IMG/VR virus record: IMGVR_UViG_3300037129_000090
Source of the DNA: a virus
Lineage: Duplodnaviria > Heunggongvirae > Uroviricota > Caudoviricetes
Reading direction: 5' to 3' (one strand)
Length of the DNA: 64,000 nt
Part shown: in pieces, positions 40,241-49,090 of the stretch
How the letters are laid out: each line of letters begins with the position of its first letter
Numbering within the stretch: position 1 is the first letter of the stretch
Translations under genes and position numbers: made by a program
The notes under the pieces: generated by a model
Database searches by the model: none
The model's input: the letters and a program-made list of their open reading frames with translations, nothing else
What the model was told of the DNA's origin: nothing

Positions 40241-40666
40241 ATGACTAAAATAGTTATCAACAAAGGTGTAAGTTTTCATCTTTCGTATGAAGGTGTAATG
40301 AGGTACGCTGAGCTTACAGGGATTAGGCTGTATCCTTATAAATATAATGATGAAATTAAGAGTTATGTAAAAATAGATTATGGAACATGGGATTTGGCTC
40401 GTGATCCTGATTATTTCCGTTGCTCAGATGATATAATTCATTACATTAACGAGCGTGATAAGATCAACGAGTTATATTTTAGTGTATATCGCCTTGAGCG
40501 CGATGACCCAATTTTAGTGCAGGTAGTAGAAGAACTCGGTGAAAAAGCAAACACCGTATTCTCTGAGCTTAAAATCGTCGAGATACCAGATGATGTAATC
40601 TGGGAAATCGATGAGGATGAAAGCGGTCCAGAAAAAGTGCGTGAAGTTTCAAGGGTATGGGATTAA
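40241..40666 (+). CDS. hypothetical protein, tandem paralog 1
   Basis: Shares MRYAEL(T/A)GI, DDP(I/L)L(V/I)QV(V/I)EELG and (E/D)(I/V)PDDV(I/V)WEIDE(D/N) with 40669..41127. Confidence 0.55.
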   Translation: MTKIVINKGVSFHLSYEGVMRYAELTGIRLYPYKYNDEIKSYVKIDYGTWDLARDPDYFRCSDDIIHYINERDKINELYFSVYRLERDDPILVQVVEELGEKANTVFSELKIVEIPDDVIWEIDEDESGPEKVREVSRVWD

Positions 40667-40668
40667 TT

Positions 40669-41127
40669 ATGCCTAAAATTGCAATAAATCGAGCTATTGG
40701 TGGTTTTACATTGTCTCATAAAGCAATGATGAGATATGCTGAACTCGCAGGTATTGCAATATTCCCATATTACCATAATCTTGATAATGATACTTTCATT
40801 CGGCTTACAGCTAGAGAAATTGAAACAATAGATGACCACAATCGTTCTGATTCCGAAGAATATTATGGTAATCCATGGTATTTTTACGTTGATGCAGATG
40901 TGATTAATTATAGGAATTCGGAAGCTGATAGTAAATTTTTAACTGAGAGAGATATTAAAAGAGACGACCCACTTCTGATACAGGTCATAGAGGAACTAGG
41001 CGACGATGCTACTGGCTCAAGTGGTAAGATCAAAGTTGTGGATGTACCAGATGATGTGGTCTGGGAAATAGACGAAAATGACGCTGGGTACGAATGGGTA
41101 CAAGAAAAACCACGTAAGTGGTACTAG
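40669..41127 (+). CDS. hypothetical protein, tandem paralog 2
   Basis: See paralog 1. Confidence 0.55.
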   Translation: MPKIAINRAIGGFTLSHKAMMRYAELAGIAIFPYYHNLDNDTFIRLTAREIETIDDHNRSDSEEYYGNPWYFYVDADVINYRNSEADSKFLTERDIKRDDPLLIQVIEELGDDATGSSGKIKVVDVPDDVVWEIDENDAGYEWVQEKPRKWY

Positions 41128-41130
41128 ACG

Positions 41131-41475
41131 GTGATTTGTGTGTTTGACGAGTATATATGCAAGCATTTCAATATGAGTGAGGTGTATCTTTCAGATGTAG
41201 CAGATGCTACACTGCATTGGTGTTATGCTACATGGCGCAAGATTGCATGGTATGCGGCTGCAATAGCAGTGTTATCCTATATAACATATATCGGCTGGTT
41301 GGATGTAATTAATAAACTAATTGACGCAGCTGTGTTTCTTGCTCCGATTATAGCTATTCTCACGGTAGCAACTTTCATAGGTGGATACATTCTTGTATAT
41401 TCTCTCGTGTGGATCACAGAGAAGTGTAGAACGATTAAGGTTGCGCAATGCTCTATGGTCAATAGAAACAAGTAG
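41131..41475 (+). CDS. membrane protein
   Basis: Three TM helices. Confidence 0.5.
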   Translation: MICVFDEYICKHFNMSEVYLSDVADATLHWCYATWRKIAWYAAAIAVLSYITYIGWLDVINKLIDAAVFLAPIIAILTVATFIGGYILVYSLVWITEKCRTIKVAQCSMVNRNK

Positions 41476-41483
41476 GTATTGCC

Positions 41484-41945
41484 ATGGTAGATCATTATGT
41501 TCATGTAACTAGGCGGCATACCGCGCTCGGGCGCGTTGTGTATGACGATGTTAAAATTCCACTATGGCATAGACGTGAAGTTGAATTATCAGATATACCG
41601 TTTATACAGTTGGTGGAACATCTTCCTGACGTAATTAAAGCAGGTAATGAATGTATTATTTATCCGGTAGTGTTTTTTAAATCCACTGATGAAGTTGTTG
41701 GAGATGATGTAGCTAGTAAAGTTATGCACGTTATGCACAAGTTTTTTAAGCAAAGCGATGTATTAGTTGTAGTAGCAATTGTTTATTTAAAAGAAGAGGA
41801 ATTTGCGCAGTATGGCAATTCGTATAGAGGTCAGTTCTCATATAAAGAAGACGTGCATGGTGTTGGTGGCTTTAAAGACACTTTTGGTGATTTGCCTTAT
41901 CAGTTTAATGTCGTCATTATGAAAGAATCACTATGGGATTTATAA
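41484..41945 (+). CDS. hypothetical protein
   Basis: Stop abuts the IS left end. Confidence 0.5.
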   Translation: MVDHYVHVTRRHTALGRVVYDDVKIPLWHRREVELSDIPFIQLVEHLPDVIKAGNECIIYPVVFFKSTDEVVGDDVASKVMHVMHKFFKQSDVLVVVAIVYLKEEEFAQYGNSYRGQFSYKEDVHGVGGFKDTFGDLPYQFNVVIMKESLWDL

Positions 41946-42046
41946 GAGGTTCGCAAGAAAACCACTGAGTCTTCAGCTCAGTGGATGAATTGCGATGACA
42001 AAATTTTACCAAAAAGTATATATGTTGGTAAAACAATATACGTACT

Positions 42047-43159
42047 ATGTTAAAAGCCTACAAATATCGACTATATCCTACAAAGAACCAAGCTGATCAA
42101 TTTAATCAGCATATCGGTAGTTGTAGATTTGTCTATAATTGGGCTCTTGACCAGAAAATTAAAGCATATGAACAAACAGGTAAATCTGTATCAAGATATA
42201 CATTAAATAAACTTATACCATCTCTTAAAACCAATAGTCCGTGGTTAAGTGAAGTTAATTCACAATCATTACAGGGAATGACTAAACAGGTAGAATCTGC
42301 TTTCACTAAATTCTTTAGAGAAAAAGCAGGTTTCCCAAAGTTCAAATCTAAGAAGAATCCAATACAGTCATTTCCAGTACCACAGCATTATGAAGTAGAT
42401 TTTGATAGTGGTACAATCAAGTTACCTAAGATAGGTGACGTGAAAGTTGTTCTACATAAAAAATTTACAGGTACTCTTAAAACTGCTGTTATCTCAAGAA
42501 CAGTCACAGGCAAGTATTTCATTAGTGTCCTAGTTGATAATAATGAAGCTACTCCTAGTAAATCTATATTTTCTGAAATAACAACTGTAGGTGTAGATGT
42601 TGGTATCAAGGATTTTGCAGTTCTCTCGACAGGAGAAAAAGTAGAGAATCCAAAATATCTTAAAAATTCGATTCATAGACTAAAATGTCTTCAACGAAGA
42701 GTATCAAAGAAAGTTAAGGGTTCTAAAAATAGAAATAAAGCAAGACAACATCTTTCAAAGATTCATGAAATCATTACCAATCAAAGAAATAATTTCCAAC
42801 ACAAAATCTCTTCTAGATTGATATGCGAGAACCAAGCTATAGCGTTGGAAACTTTGAATGTTAAAGGTATGTTAAAGAATCACTGTCTTGCCCAATCGAT
42901 AAGTGATGTAGCATGGAGTAGTTTTGTAACTAAGTTAGAGTACAAAGCCGAATGGTTCGGAAAAACCATACTTAGAATAGGTAGATTTGAACCGTCGAGT
43001 AAGACGTGTAGTATTTGTGGCTATCGTAATAATACTCTAACATTGAAAGATAGGGAATGGGAATGCCCTGATTGCAAAACAAAACATGATAGAGATATTA
43101 ATGCGGCGATAAACATTAAGAAATTTGCATTAATAGATCAGAATTTAATCGGAATATAA
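42047..43159 (+). CDS. tnpB: TnpB (canonical, with zinc finger)
   Basis: RuvC-I VGVDVGIKD, RuvC-II LEYKAEWFG, Zn finger CSICGY...CPDCKTKHDRD, RuvC-III DINAAINI. Confidence 0.9.
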   Translation: MLKAYKYRLYPTKNQADQFNQHIGSCRFVYNWALDQKIKAYEQTGKSVSRYTLNKLIPSLKTNSPWLSEVNSQSLQGMTKQVESAFTKFFREKAGFPKFKSKKNPIQSFPVPQHYEVDFDSGTIKLPKIGDVKVVLHKKFTGTLKTAVISRTVTGKYFISVLVDNNEATPSKSIFSEITTVGVDVGIKDFAVLSTGEKVENPKYLKNSIHRLKCLQRRVSKKVKGSKNRNKARQHLSKIHEIITNQRNNFQHKISSRLICENQAIALETLNVKGMLKNHCLAQSISDVAWSSFVTKLEYKAEWFGKTILRIGRFEPSSKTCSICGYRNNTLTLKDREWECPDCKTKHDRDINAAINIKKFALIDQNLIGI

Positions 43160-43256
43160 CACCTATGGAACGTAGGGAAGAGCCTGTGGACTTGTGAACA
43201 CTAGTTCGAAGTATGAAGCAGGAAGCCACTGAGTCTTTAGCTCAGTGGTAGTTCAC
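43160..43256 (+). ncRNA. putative omegaRNA (right-end element RNA) scaffold of the TnpB element
   Basis: Lies immediately 3' of tnpB. Structured, with stems that covary against the copies at 1..127 and (minus strand) 35950..35982 while the loop TCTTTAG and tail TAGTTSAC are conserved. Confidence 0.55.
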
Positions 43257-43367
43257 ATGTTGTTTCTTTTTCAGTACCGCAACCATCGCTACAACTATTG
43301 CAGTACCCCAACTGATTCAATGCTGAACCACACATACTACATCTTTTATGCCATTGTTACCACCTTC

Positions 43368-43664
43368 TTAAGTAAACGAAATTTCAATACCGCTATCGTC
43401 AGCGTAATCGATACACATTCTTAAGAAATATTTTACCTTTTTTCTCTGCCATTTGTCAGTTATAAATGTGTGCGCTATCTTCCACTTATGCTTTAATTCA
43501 GCTTTCATAAAGGTTTTCCAACCAACACCACCCTGTTTTTCTCTAAAGTCAGCGACACCCATTAAGTTGTAAAATTCTGTATATAACACATTATTGCAGC
43601 TAAAACACATATCTGTTACGCCGTAATCATCACTTACCCGATGTGCAACAACATCTATTCCCAT
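43368..43664 (-). CDS. hypothetical protein
   Basis: ORF only. Confidence 0.45.
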   Translation of the reverse strand: MGIDVVAHRVSDDYGVTDMCFSCNNVLYTEFYNLMGVADFREKQGGVGWKTFMKAELKHKWKIAHTFITDKWQRKKVKYFLRMCIDYADDSGIEISFT

Positions 43665-43678
43665 TGTCTACTACCTCC

Positions 43679-44251
43679 TTATTCATCTTCATCCTCTTCG
43701 ATGTCGAGATACCACTTAATGAAGTTGTATCCAAGGTCAAATACATCCAGAGTTTCCCTGAACTTCGCTTTTTGAAGAATATCTTGTATAGGCGGAATTT
43801 CATCTTCATCTCTGTCGTCCATTGTTATAAGATAGTCCAGAGCATCGTTAACATAGGTTTCTCTTGTAAATGGATTGATAGCAAACCAATTAGCTAGAAC
43901 ATCCAAACCCATAGTACAACAAACCTCACCCTCTACGATTGACAACATTACACGATCCAAGTCCTGCGATGTGTACGTTCCCAAATCCAGTTCCAGAAGT
44001 CTAGCAAAATGATTTAAGAACTCATACATATCTTCTCTTGTGTACTCATCCTTTATCATGTCGTATGTTTCCAATCTACCAATGACGTTTTCAGGAGCAT
44101 CATCAGCGAAGACGGTGACGATCTTTCCTTTAATCTGCTTTATTGTTAGAAAACTTCTCAGTGAATTAACCATTTCTTGTGTAATTTCAGTAGGCATAAT
44201 TATCATCTCCTTTATTTTATATGTCATTAATAACAGCATAATGCCAGCCAT
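43679..44251 (-). CDS. hypothetical acidic protein
   Basis: SD GGAGATGATAA plus ATG. Confidence 0.55.
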   Translation of the reverse strand: MAGIMLLLMTYKIKEMIIMPTEITQEMVNSLRSFLTIKQIKGKIVTVFADDAPENVIGRLETYDMIKDEYTREDMYEFLNHFARLLELDLGTYTSQDLDRVMLSIVEGEVCCTMGLDVLANWFAINPFTRETYVNDALDYLITMDDRDEDEIPPIQDILQKAKFRETLDVFDLGYNFIKWYLDIEEDEDE

Positions 44252-44450
44252 CTTCTTTAGACCAAACTTTTATTTTCATAAGCGTTGCGAATTCAATACA
44301 AGCCTTAAGAGTAGTAGGTCTCTTAACATCTGGATAAATATCTTTATTTTCTCTGTATAATTTTTGTACTGATTTTATAAAGCCATCTCGATGTTCTCCC
44401 ATGCCATCTCCAAGTCTATACATAGGATTACGACACTTCATTGTTATCAT
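44217..44450 (-). CDS. hypothetical small protein
   Basis: SD GGAGATGATAACAATG. Confidence 0.5.
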   Translation of the reverse strand: MITMKCRNPMYRLGDGMGEHRDGFIKSVQKLYRENKDIYPDVKRPTTLKACIEFATLMKIKVWSKEDGWHYAVINDI

Positions 44451-44470
44451 CTCCTGTATTTGATTTTAAG

Positions 44471-44542
44471 GGCACATAAAGGGAATTGAACCCTGATATT
44501 AACTCCCACAACGTTACGCATTACCGCTGTGCTACATATGCC
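44471..44542 (-). tRNA. tRNA-His (anticodon GTG) with encoded G-1, no encoded CCA
   Basis: Manual fold of the reverse complement GGCATATGTAGCACAGCGGTAATGCGTAACGTTGTGGGAGTTAATATCAGGGTTCAATTCCCTTTATGTGCC: acceptor 7 bp (with G-U pairs), anticodon loop TTGTGGG, T-loop TTCAATT, extra 5' G pairing with discriminator C. Preceded by a TAACAA...TTATATATA promoter motif. Confidence 0.55.
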
Positions 44543-44619
44543 ACTTGTTTACTACACATACTATTAGCTTCTAGTATATATAATCTACGTTAGTTGTTTT
44601 GTTAGTAAAAATTAAAAAG

Positions 44620-44643
44620 CTTTCAGAAACATTGTTCTGAAAG
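44620..44643 (-). terminator. hairpin CTTTCAGAA-N6-TTCTGAAAG followed (minus strand) by T-rich CTTTTTAATTTTT
   Basis: Perfect 9-bp stem spanning the stop of 44623..44937. Confidence 0.5.
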
Positions 44644-44937
44644 TTTCTTAAATTTCTCATTCAGCCCTGCTAATTTAGCCTTCATATTATCAATTTTAAC
44701 ATCATACATTCTGCCAAGCACTTCTATTTCTGCCATTATCAGCGTTCTTGTAAGCATATTTTCATTGAAATCAAAGCGTGTCAACCTAGTTACATCCTCT
44801 AACACAATTTGTACTTCTATTAAATCAGCATATTTAGAATGTAATTCGTTATCGCGTTTATTCATTACAATTCTCATATCCCTGATTATCTTATTCGCTT
44901 TTAGCATGTTTTCCTTTATATCATTAGCGTTACCCAT
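44623..44937 (-). CDS. hypothetical coiled-coil protein
   Basis: ORF only. Confidence 0.5.
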   Translation of the reverse strand: MGNANDIKENMLKANKIIRDMRIVMNKRDNELHSKYADLIEVQIVLEDVTRLTRFDFNENMLTRTLIMAEIEVLGRMYDVKIDNMKAKLAGLNEKFKKLSEQCF

Positions 44938-45179
44938 TATACACCCTCAACTTTGTTAAGTTTATTACTCCATTGAGTATCTTTATCTTCCGGCGTGTCG
45001 TCCCATAATACAATAACAGTAGTGGGGTCAGGCAAATTAGTGTCAACTTCTTTAACTGTACCATAACAATCCACTGCTCTTACGTGTTCTACCCTGTCAC
45101 CCTCTTTAAGCTTGTGTTCATATTCAGTCATTTCATCGCCTTTAATCGCTATCAAGCAAGAGGAAACACATATAATCAA
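44937..45179 (-). CDS. hypothetical small protein
   Basis: ORF only. Confidence 0.45.
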   Translation of the reverse strand: MIICVSSCLIAIKGDEMTEYEHKLKEGDRVEHVRAVDCYGTVKEVDTNLPDPTTVIVLWDDTPEDKDTQWSNKLNKVEGV

Positions 45180-45675
45180 TATTTTCTACCCTAACATACA
45201 TCGTGTCGTATCTTTCAGCTATTAAGAAGACTTTAGTCAAGCCTTGCACTTTCAGATTTTGATTAATTGTATAGCTCATCAAGGTCTCTTCGCTTATATC
45301 TGCATCATTACAGCCACAATCAACACCTATAACATGATTAGCAAAAGCTACTTCTTTGCTTTTAACCAAGCTTCTCAGAATATCATTAGCCGCATCTCCA
45401 CCTTCCTGAAAGCCTTCGATACCTTTTAAGACCCAATCGAAGTTTCCAAGTCCAGAGAACTCAGCAATAATTTCAGGATTGATACCTGACATGTTATTGA
45501 GTACATCATCTCTAAGTGCTTCATACATCATTTTTTCTGACATTATAACTGCGGTGACACCATCTGAATAAAAGACAGGAAACCCGCATATTTCATATCC
45601 TCTTTTCACAATCTCGCCGTTTCTGCAATTCAGTGCTTTCATAGCAACTCTATTTACTATATCCATATTTAACAC
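45142..45675 (-). CDS. hypothetical protein, member of a paralogous family (with 48595..49086 and 50306..50569)
   Basis: Shared motif GFPVF(Y/F)...(I/V)AE(F/Y)...G(G/E)(D/E)AAN..(I/L)R(S/L)L. Confidence 0.55.
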   Translation of the reverse strand: MLNMDIVNRVAMKALNCRNGEIVKRGYEICGFPVFYSDGVTAVIMSEKMMYEALRDDVLNNMSGINPEIIAEFSGLGNFDWVLKGIEGFQEGGDAANDILRSLVKSKEVAFANHVIGVDCGCNDADISEETLMSYTINQNLKVQGLTKVFLIAERYDTMYVRVENIDYMCFLLLDSD

Positions 45676-45676
45676 C

Positions 45677-46624
45677 TCACCAATCTTTTAACATTTCTTG
45701 TAGGACATCGTTAGCTTCATCGTAAGTCATGAATACAGCTTGATTCAAGAACTTATCTTTAGGTACTCCGAATCTGCCTCGCTCAAGCTCTTCATAGATT
45801 ATGTATACTTCCTCATTAATTGAATCATCGAGCAGATAACCTATAATATCAATCATGCCATATTTACGTATGGCGCAGTAATTTCCCTCATTCGCTGAAA
45901 TTACATCGTTATCATCCGCAACCAAATAGAGGTCGTCAAGTGAGCGAGCCATAATTCGTGGCGGTAGACAGTAATCCTCGAAAGGTATACTAACGAATGA
46001 CGGTATTTCAACACCTTCATGGGTTATCAAGTTGCATAACGTTTCATACAGATATTTTGAAGTAGACTTTCTACTAACTATTCCTTTTTCTATGTTAATC
46101 GCTTCGAGCTTCTTGTATGCTTCTGCATCCGTAGCGAATACAACTTGCTCAAACTGTCTATAAATGCCGTAAACTCCACTTCCAATATCTTCATAAATTG
46201 CGTAAATGAAATCATCTGTTGCTTCTCCCTTAAGATAGCAAGAAGGCTGCGTAGCACCTTTGAAGTACACAGCACAGTATACTTCACCCTTGAACTTAAT
46301 CAGCTCAGTGAATGCAACTCGCATATCAAGCTCATCGATGTCGATAGCCCTTACGAAAGGCGCATTCCATAAGCGGTCATAGAGTATCTTCATTCCTACA
46401 TATTTAGCCATGACAAGCTCATACAAAGTGTCGTAGACATCAGTCTCTTCTACTACGCGCTCACTTTTTATTTCCTCAAGCTCTTTAATAGCCGATTTTA
46501 GCTTTTTGCAGAAAGGATTTGTCGGGCAGAACCTATTGGCTTTCTGAGTCAGTAAGTATATGACAAATGAAAGATTATCAGACTCTTCCATCTGTTTAAA
46601 AGTCCAGTGTTCCATGTTTATCAT
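45677..46624 (-). CDS. hypothetical protein
   Basis: MINM-type N-terminus: the first ATG lies inside SD GGAGATGATAAACATG, so the real start is probably M4. Confidence 0.55.
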   Translation of the reverse strand: MINMEHWTFKQMEESDNLSFVIYLLTQKANRFCPTNPFCKKLKSAIKELEEIKSERVVEETDVYDTLYELVMAKYVGMKILYDRLWNAPFVRAIDIDELDMRVAFTELIKFKGEVYCAVYFKGATQPSCYLKGEATDDFIYAIYEDIGSGVYGIYRQFEQVVFATDAEAYKKLEAINIEKGIVSRKSTSKYLYETLCNLITHEGVEIPSFVSIPFEDYCLPPRIMARSLDDLYLVADDNDVISANEGNYCAIRKYGMIDIIGYLLDDSINEEVYIIYEELERGRFGVPKDKFLNQAVFMTYDEANDVLQEMLKDW

Positions 46625-46640
46625 CTCCGTATCTGTTTGT

Positions 46641-46913
46641 TTATTCCTTCAAGAAGTCGAAAGGGATACGTATAACTTTAGCTGTACTACCACCTTCGAC
46701 AAGATATGTACTAAAGAACACGCCTTCGAGACCTTCTAATTCATCGATGCAATATCCTTCAAACGTTTCTACACCATTAACTTGTAATCTTACACCCTCG
46801 GTAAAATCGAGAAGACAGAATTCCATAACACTACCATCTGGAACTCTATACATACCTGTTATTGAAAAGGTATGATTATTTATATCGATTGGTTTTCGTT
46901 TCTCCCAAGCCAT
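46641..46913 (-). CDS. hypothetical small protein
   Basis: SD GGAGATGATAACAG. Confidence 0.5.
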   Translation of the reverse strand: MAWEKRKPIDINNHTFSITGMYRVPDGSVMEFCLLDFTEGVRLQVNGVETFEGYCIDELEGLEGVFFSTYLVEGGSTAKVIRIPFDFLKE

Positions 46914-46939
46914 CTGTTATCATCTCCTTACTCTTTTCT

Positions 46940-47803
46940 TTACTCTTGTTTAACCATCTCTGGAAACAGCTCAAGAAGAAGGTCTTCGGGAGCTTTAAAG
47001 AGCGCATCGACAAAGGTAAACATATCGTTTTCGCTGTTGAATGTTACCGGCATATTTCCGTTCATTTGATAATGCAGTTTAAGAAGCTTAGTTTCGTTCT
47101 TACCACCCGCTTCAACCAACCTCTCGCATTTAGACTCAGATGGTTTTACCTTACCCAAAACTATCTCAGCGAATTTGACAATCGCATCTTGTTCAAATTT
47201 ATCATGAGGCACGAACACGATACCTTTTTTACTTGATCTCTCAACATCTGAAAAGTTAGATGGTTTAACGCCACATCCTCTTCTACCGCCGCCTACATCA
47301 GCGAGAGCGCGCTTAGCAAGCTGTTGAAGCTGACTGATAGTTTCATACTCTTCATCATCAACATATAGCTCGAACAGCCTTATCATAAGCTCAGTGGGAT
47401 TAAAGATTTTATTGTTATCAAACAACTCATCAAGATAGATGCGAACTTCACTTCTGCTTATTCTCGCATTTTGCATTGTTGATTCTACGGTAGTGATTAC
47501 ATAATCTGCAAACCTATCGGTAGCATTCTCATACGTACTTTTCAGTGTGTCAAGAGTATAGTACTCAATCACATTTCTATGGCGTTGAATCGGCTCTCCG
47601 TCATTCTCAACTACAAGTATTTCAGTGAACTTATTAGCACACGCCTCTACTGCTTTAATACCAAGATACATAATCTTCAATGTATATTCAAGCGGCTCAA
47701 AGTAATCCACTGAAAGCCCTTTCACTTCGATGAGAGCTTTTATTTCTGGCTTGATTTCTGTAACTTCGCTGTACGGTTTATACGGCTCTTCCATATTTAT
47801 CAT
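46940..47803 (-). CDS. hypothetical protein
   Basis: MINM-type start; SD GGAGATGATAAAT. Confidence 0.55.
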   Translation of the reverse strand: MINMEEPYKPYSEVTEIKPEIKALIEVKGLSVDYFEPLEYTLKIMYLGIKAVEACANKFTEILVVENDGEPIQRHRNVIEYYTLDTLKSTYENATDRFADYVITTVESTMQNARISRSEVRIYLDELFDNNKIFNPTELMIRLFELYVDDEEYETISQLQQLAKRALADVGGGRRGCGVKPSNFSDVERSSKKGIVFVPHDKFEQDAIVKFAEIVLGKVKPSESKCERLVEAGGKNETKLLKLHYQMNGNMPVTFNSENDMFTFVDALFKAPEDLLLELFPEMVKQE

Positions 47804-47871
47804 CTCCTATTTCATAATGCTCTACACATACTAGCGTTAATAGATATATAAATATATTGGTTATTAGCTTG

Positions 47872-48474
47872 TTACTCATCAACCAAATTAGCTCGAACAT
47901 CTTTACAGAGACCATTCCAGTAATCAACAATATACTGGTCAATCCATGTAAAGAGCTTGTGTATTGCATTAACAAACTTCATTACAACCTCATAGTCAAC
48001 ATCGTATAAGTCATAAGATACAAAGCCATCGACATAACGTTTAACCTCTACAAAGCTCTCAGGCATCTTTACATGGATTTGGAAATGTCCTGCTGACCTG
48101 CCTTCAAATCCGGTTTTATTCTCTCTTATAGCAAACTTCAACTCAGGGACAGCTTCTTTTACCGCTTCGTTTACAGCTTCTATGAAATCAGTATAGTACA
48201 TGTCATCAGCGTCGGAGTAGATATAGTCAAAGAATGTCTGCTGATTCTCTTTTGTTAGTCGATTAGCTTTAGCATCAATGTCTACAACACAGTTGATGTC
48301 TTGATTAACGTTAATGAAATTGAAAAGTATTCTGCTGTTATACTCCATTTCAGCGACCGCTTCAAATACATCTCTGTACTCATTGTATAATTCATCTTCT
48401 GATAACTCTCGTGGGTCTCTTCTTATCGCTATTGATTTTCTTTGTTTGAGTTTTTTAACCGTCATAACTTTCAT
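47872..48474 (-). CDS. hypothetical protein
   Basis: SD GGAGATGAAAGTTATG. Confidence 0.55.
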   Translation of the reverse strand: MKVMTVKKLKQRKSIAIRRDPRELSEDELYNEYRDVFEAVAEMEYNSRILFNFINVNQDINCVVDIDAKANRLTKENQQTFFDYIYSDADDMYYTDFIEAVNEAVKEAVPELKFAIRENKTGFEGRSAGHFQIHVKMPESFVEVKRYVDGFVSYDLYDVDYEVVMKFVNAIHKLFTWIDQYIVDYWNGLCKDVRANLVDE

Positions 48475-48594
48475 CTCCTAACTTGTAAATTGTGATCTAT
48501 TAATTGTAACTACTCATACTATCACTACAAAGTATATAAAAGTATTGTTCATAACATTGTTAGATTAATAAAAAAAAGTAAATGGAGATGATTG

Positions 48595-49086
48595 TTAGCG
48601 AATGAATACGCCGTAATAGAATTTCATTGTGTCTTTATCGCTCGCGTGTGCGAGCTTCATTTCTTTAGCTGTTTTATAAGTGCCGTTATACATTCGTAAG
48701 GTCTTCATGTAACCCTCGATTTCATTAAATACATAACTTGCGATGTCTCCCTGACGTATCTCACATGAAAACTCATCTTCATCTCGAAGCAACAACCTAA
48801 TAGCACAGTTAGCCGCTTCTCCGCCTTTCTGTAAGGCTTTTATAGCTTCAACCATCCAATCAGTCGCACCCTCGAATGTATACTCTGCAATGGTCTTAGG
48901 ATCGTATGTATACAATCTACTAAAGACGCACTCATCTACAAACGCAGAAACTTTAAACTGCTCTATGAGTACAACTGTTTTTAGACCAAAGAAGAATACT
49001 GGAAAACCGAATATATCAAAGCTTTCTGGTATTACATCGTCTGGTTCACACTTTAGCATCTGAGCAGCCACATCATTTAAGGTCAT
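48595..49086 (-). CDS. hypothetical protein, paralogous family member
   Basis: See 45142..45675. Confidence 0.55.
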   Translation of the reverse strand: MTLNDVAAQMLKCEPDDVIPESFDIFGFPVFFFGLKTVVLIEQFKVSAFVDECVFSRLYTYDPKTIAEYTFEGATDWMVEAIKALQKGGEAANCAIRLLLRDEDEFSCEIRQGDIASYVFNEIEGYMKTLRMYNGTYKTAKEMKLAHASDKDTMKFYYGVFIR

Positions 49087-49090
49087 TGAA

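Larger units (their letters stand above)
41960..43267 (+). mobile_element. IS200/IS605-like non-autonomous element (IS1341-type, tnpB only)
   Basis: Left-end hairpin CCACTGAG-TCTTCAG-CTCAGTGG (41965..41987) and right-end hairpin CCACTGAG-TCTTTAG-CTCAGTGG (43226..43248) followed by TAGTTCAC; tnpB between. Confidence 0.7.

Noticed and set aside
44461-44550. tRNA-His fold irregularities (3-bp D-stem, shifted numbering)
   Set aside because: Not rejected as a tRNA, but confidence is lowered. Acceptor/G-1/C73, anticodon loop and T-loop fit well. The D-arm is non-canonical, so a predictor should confirm the call.
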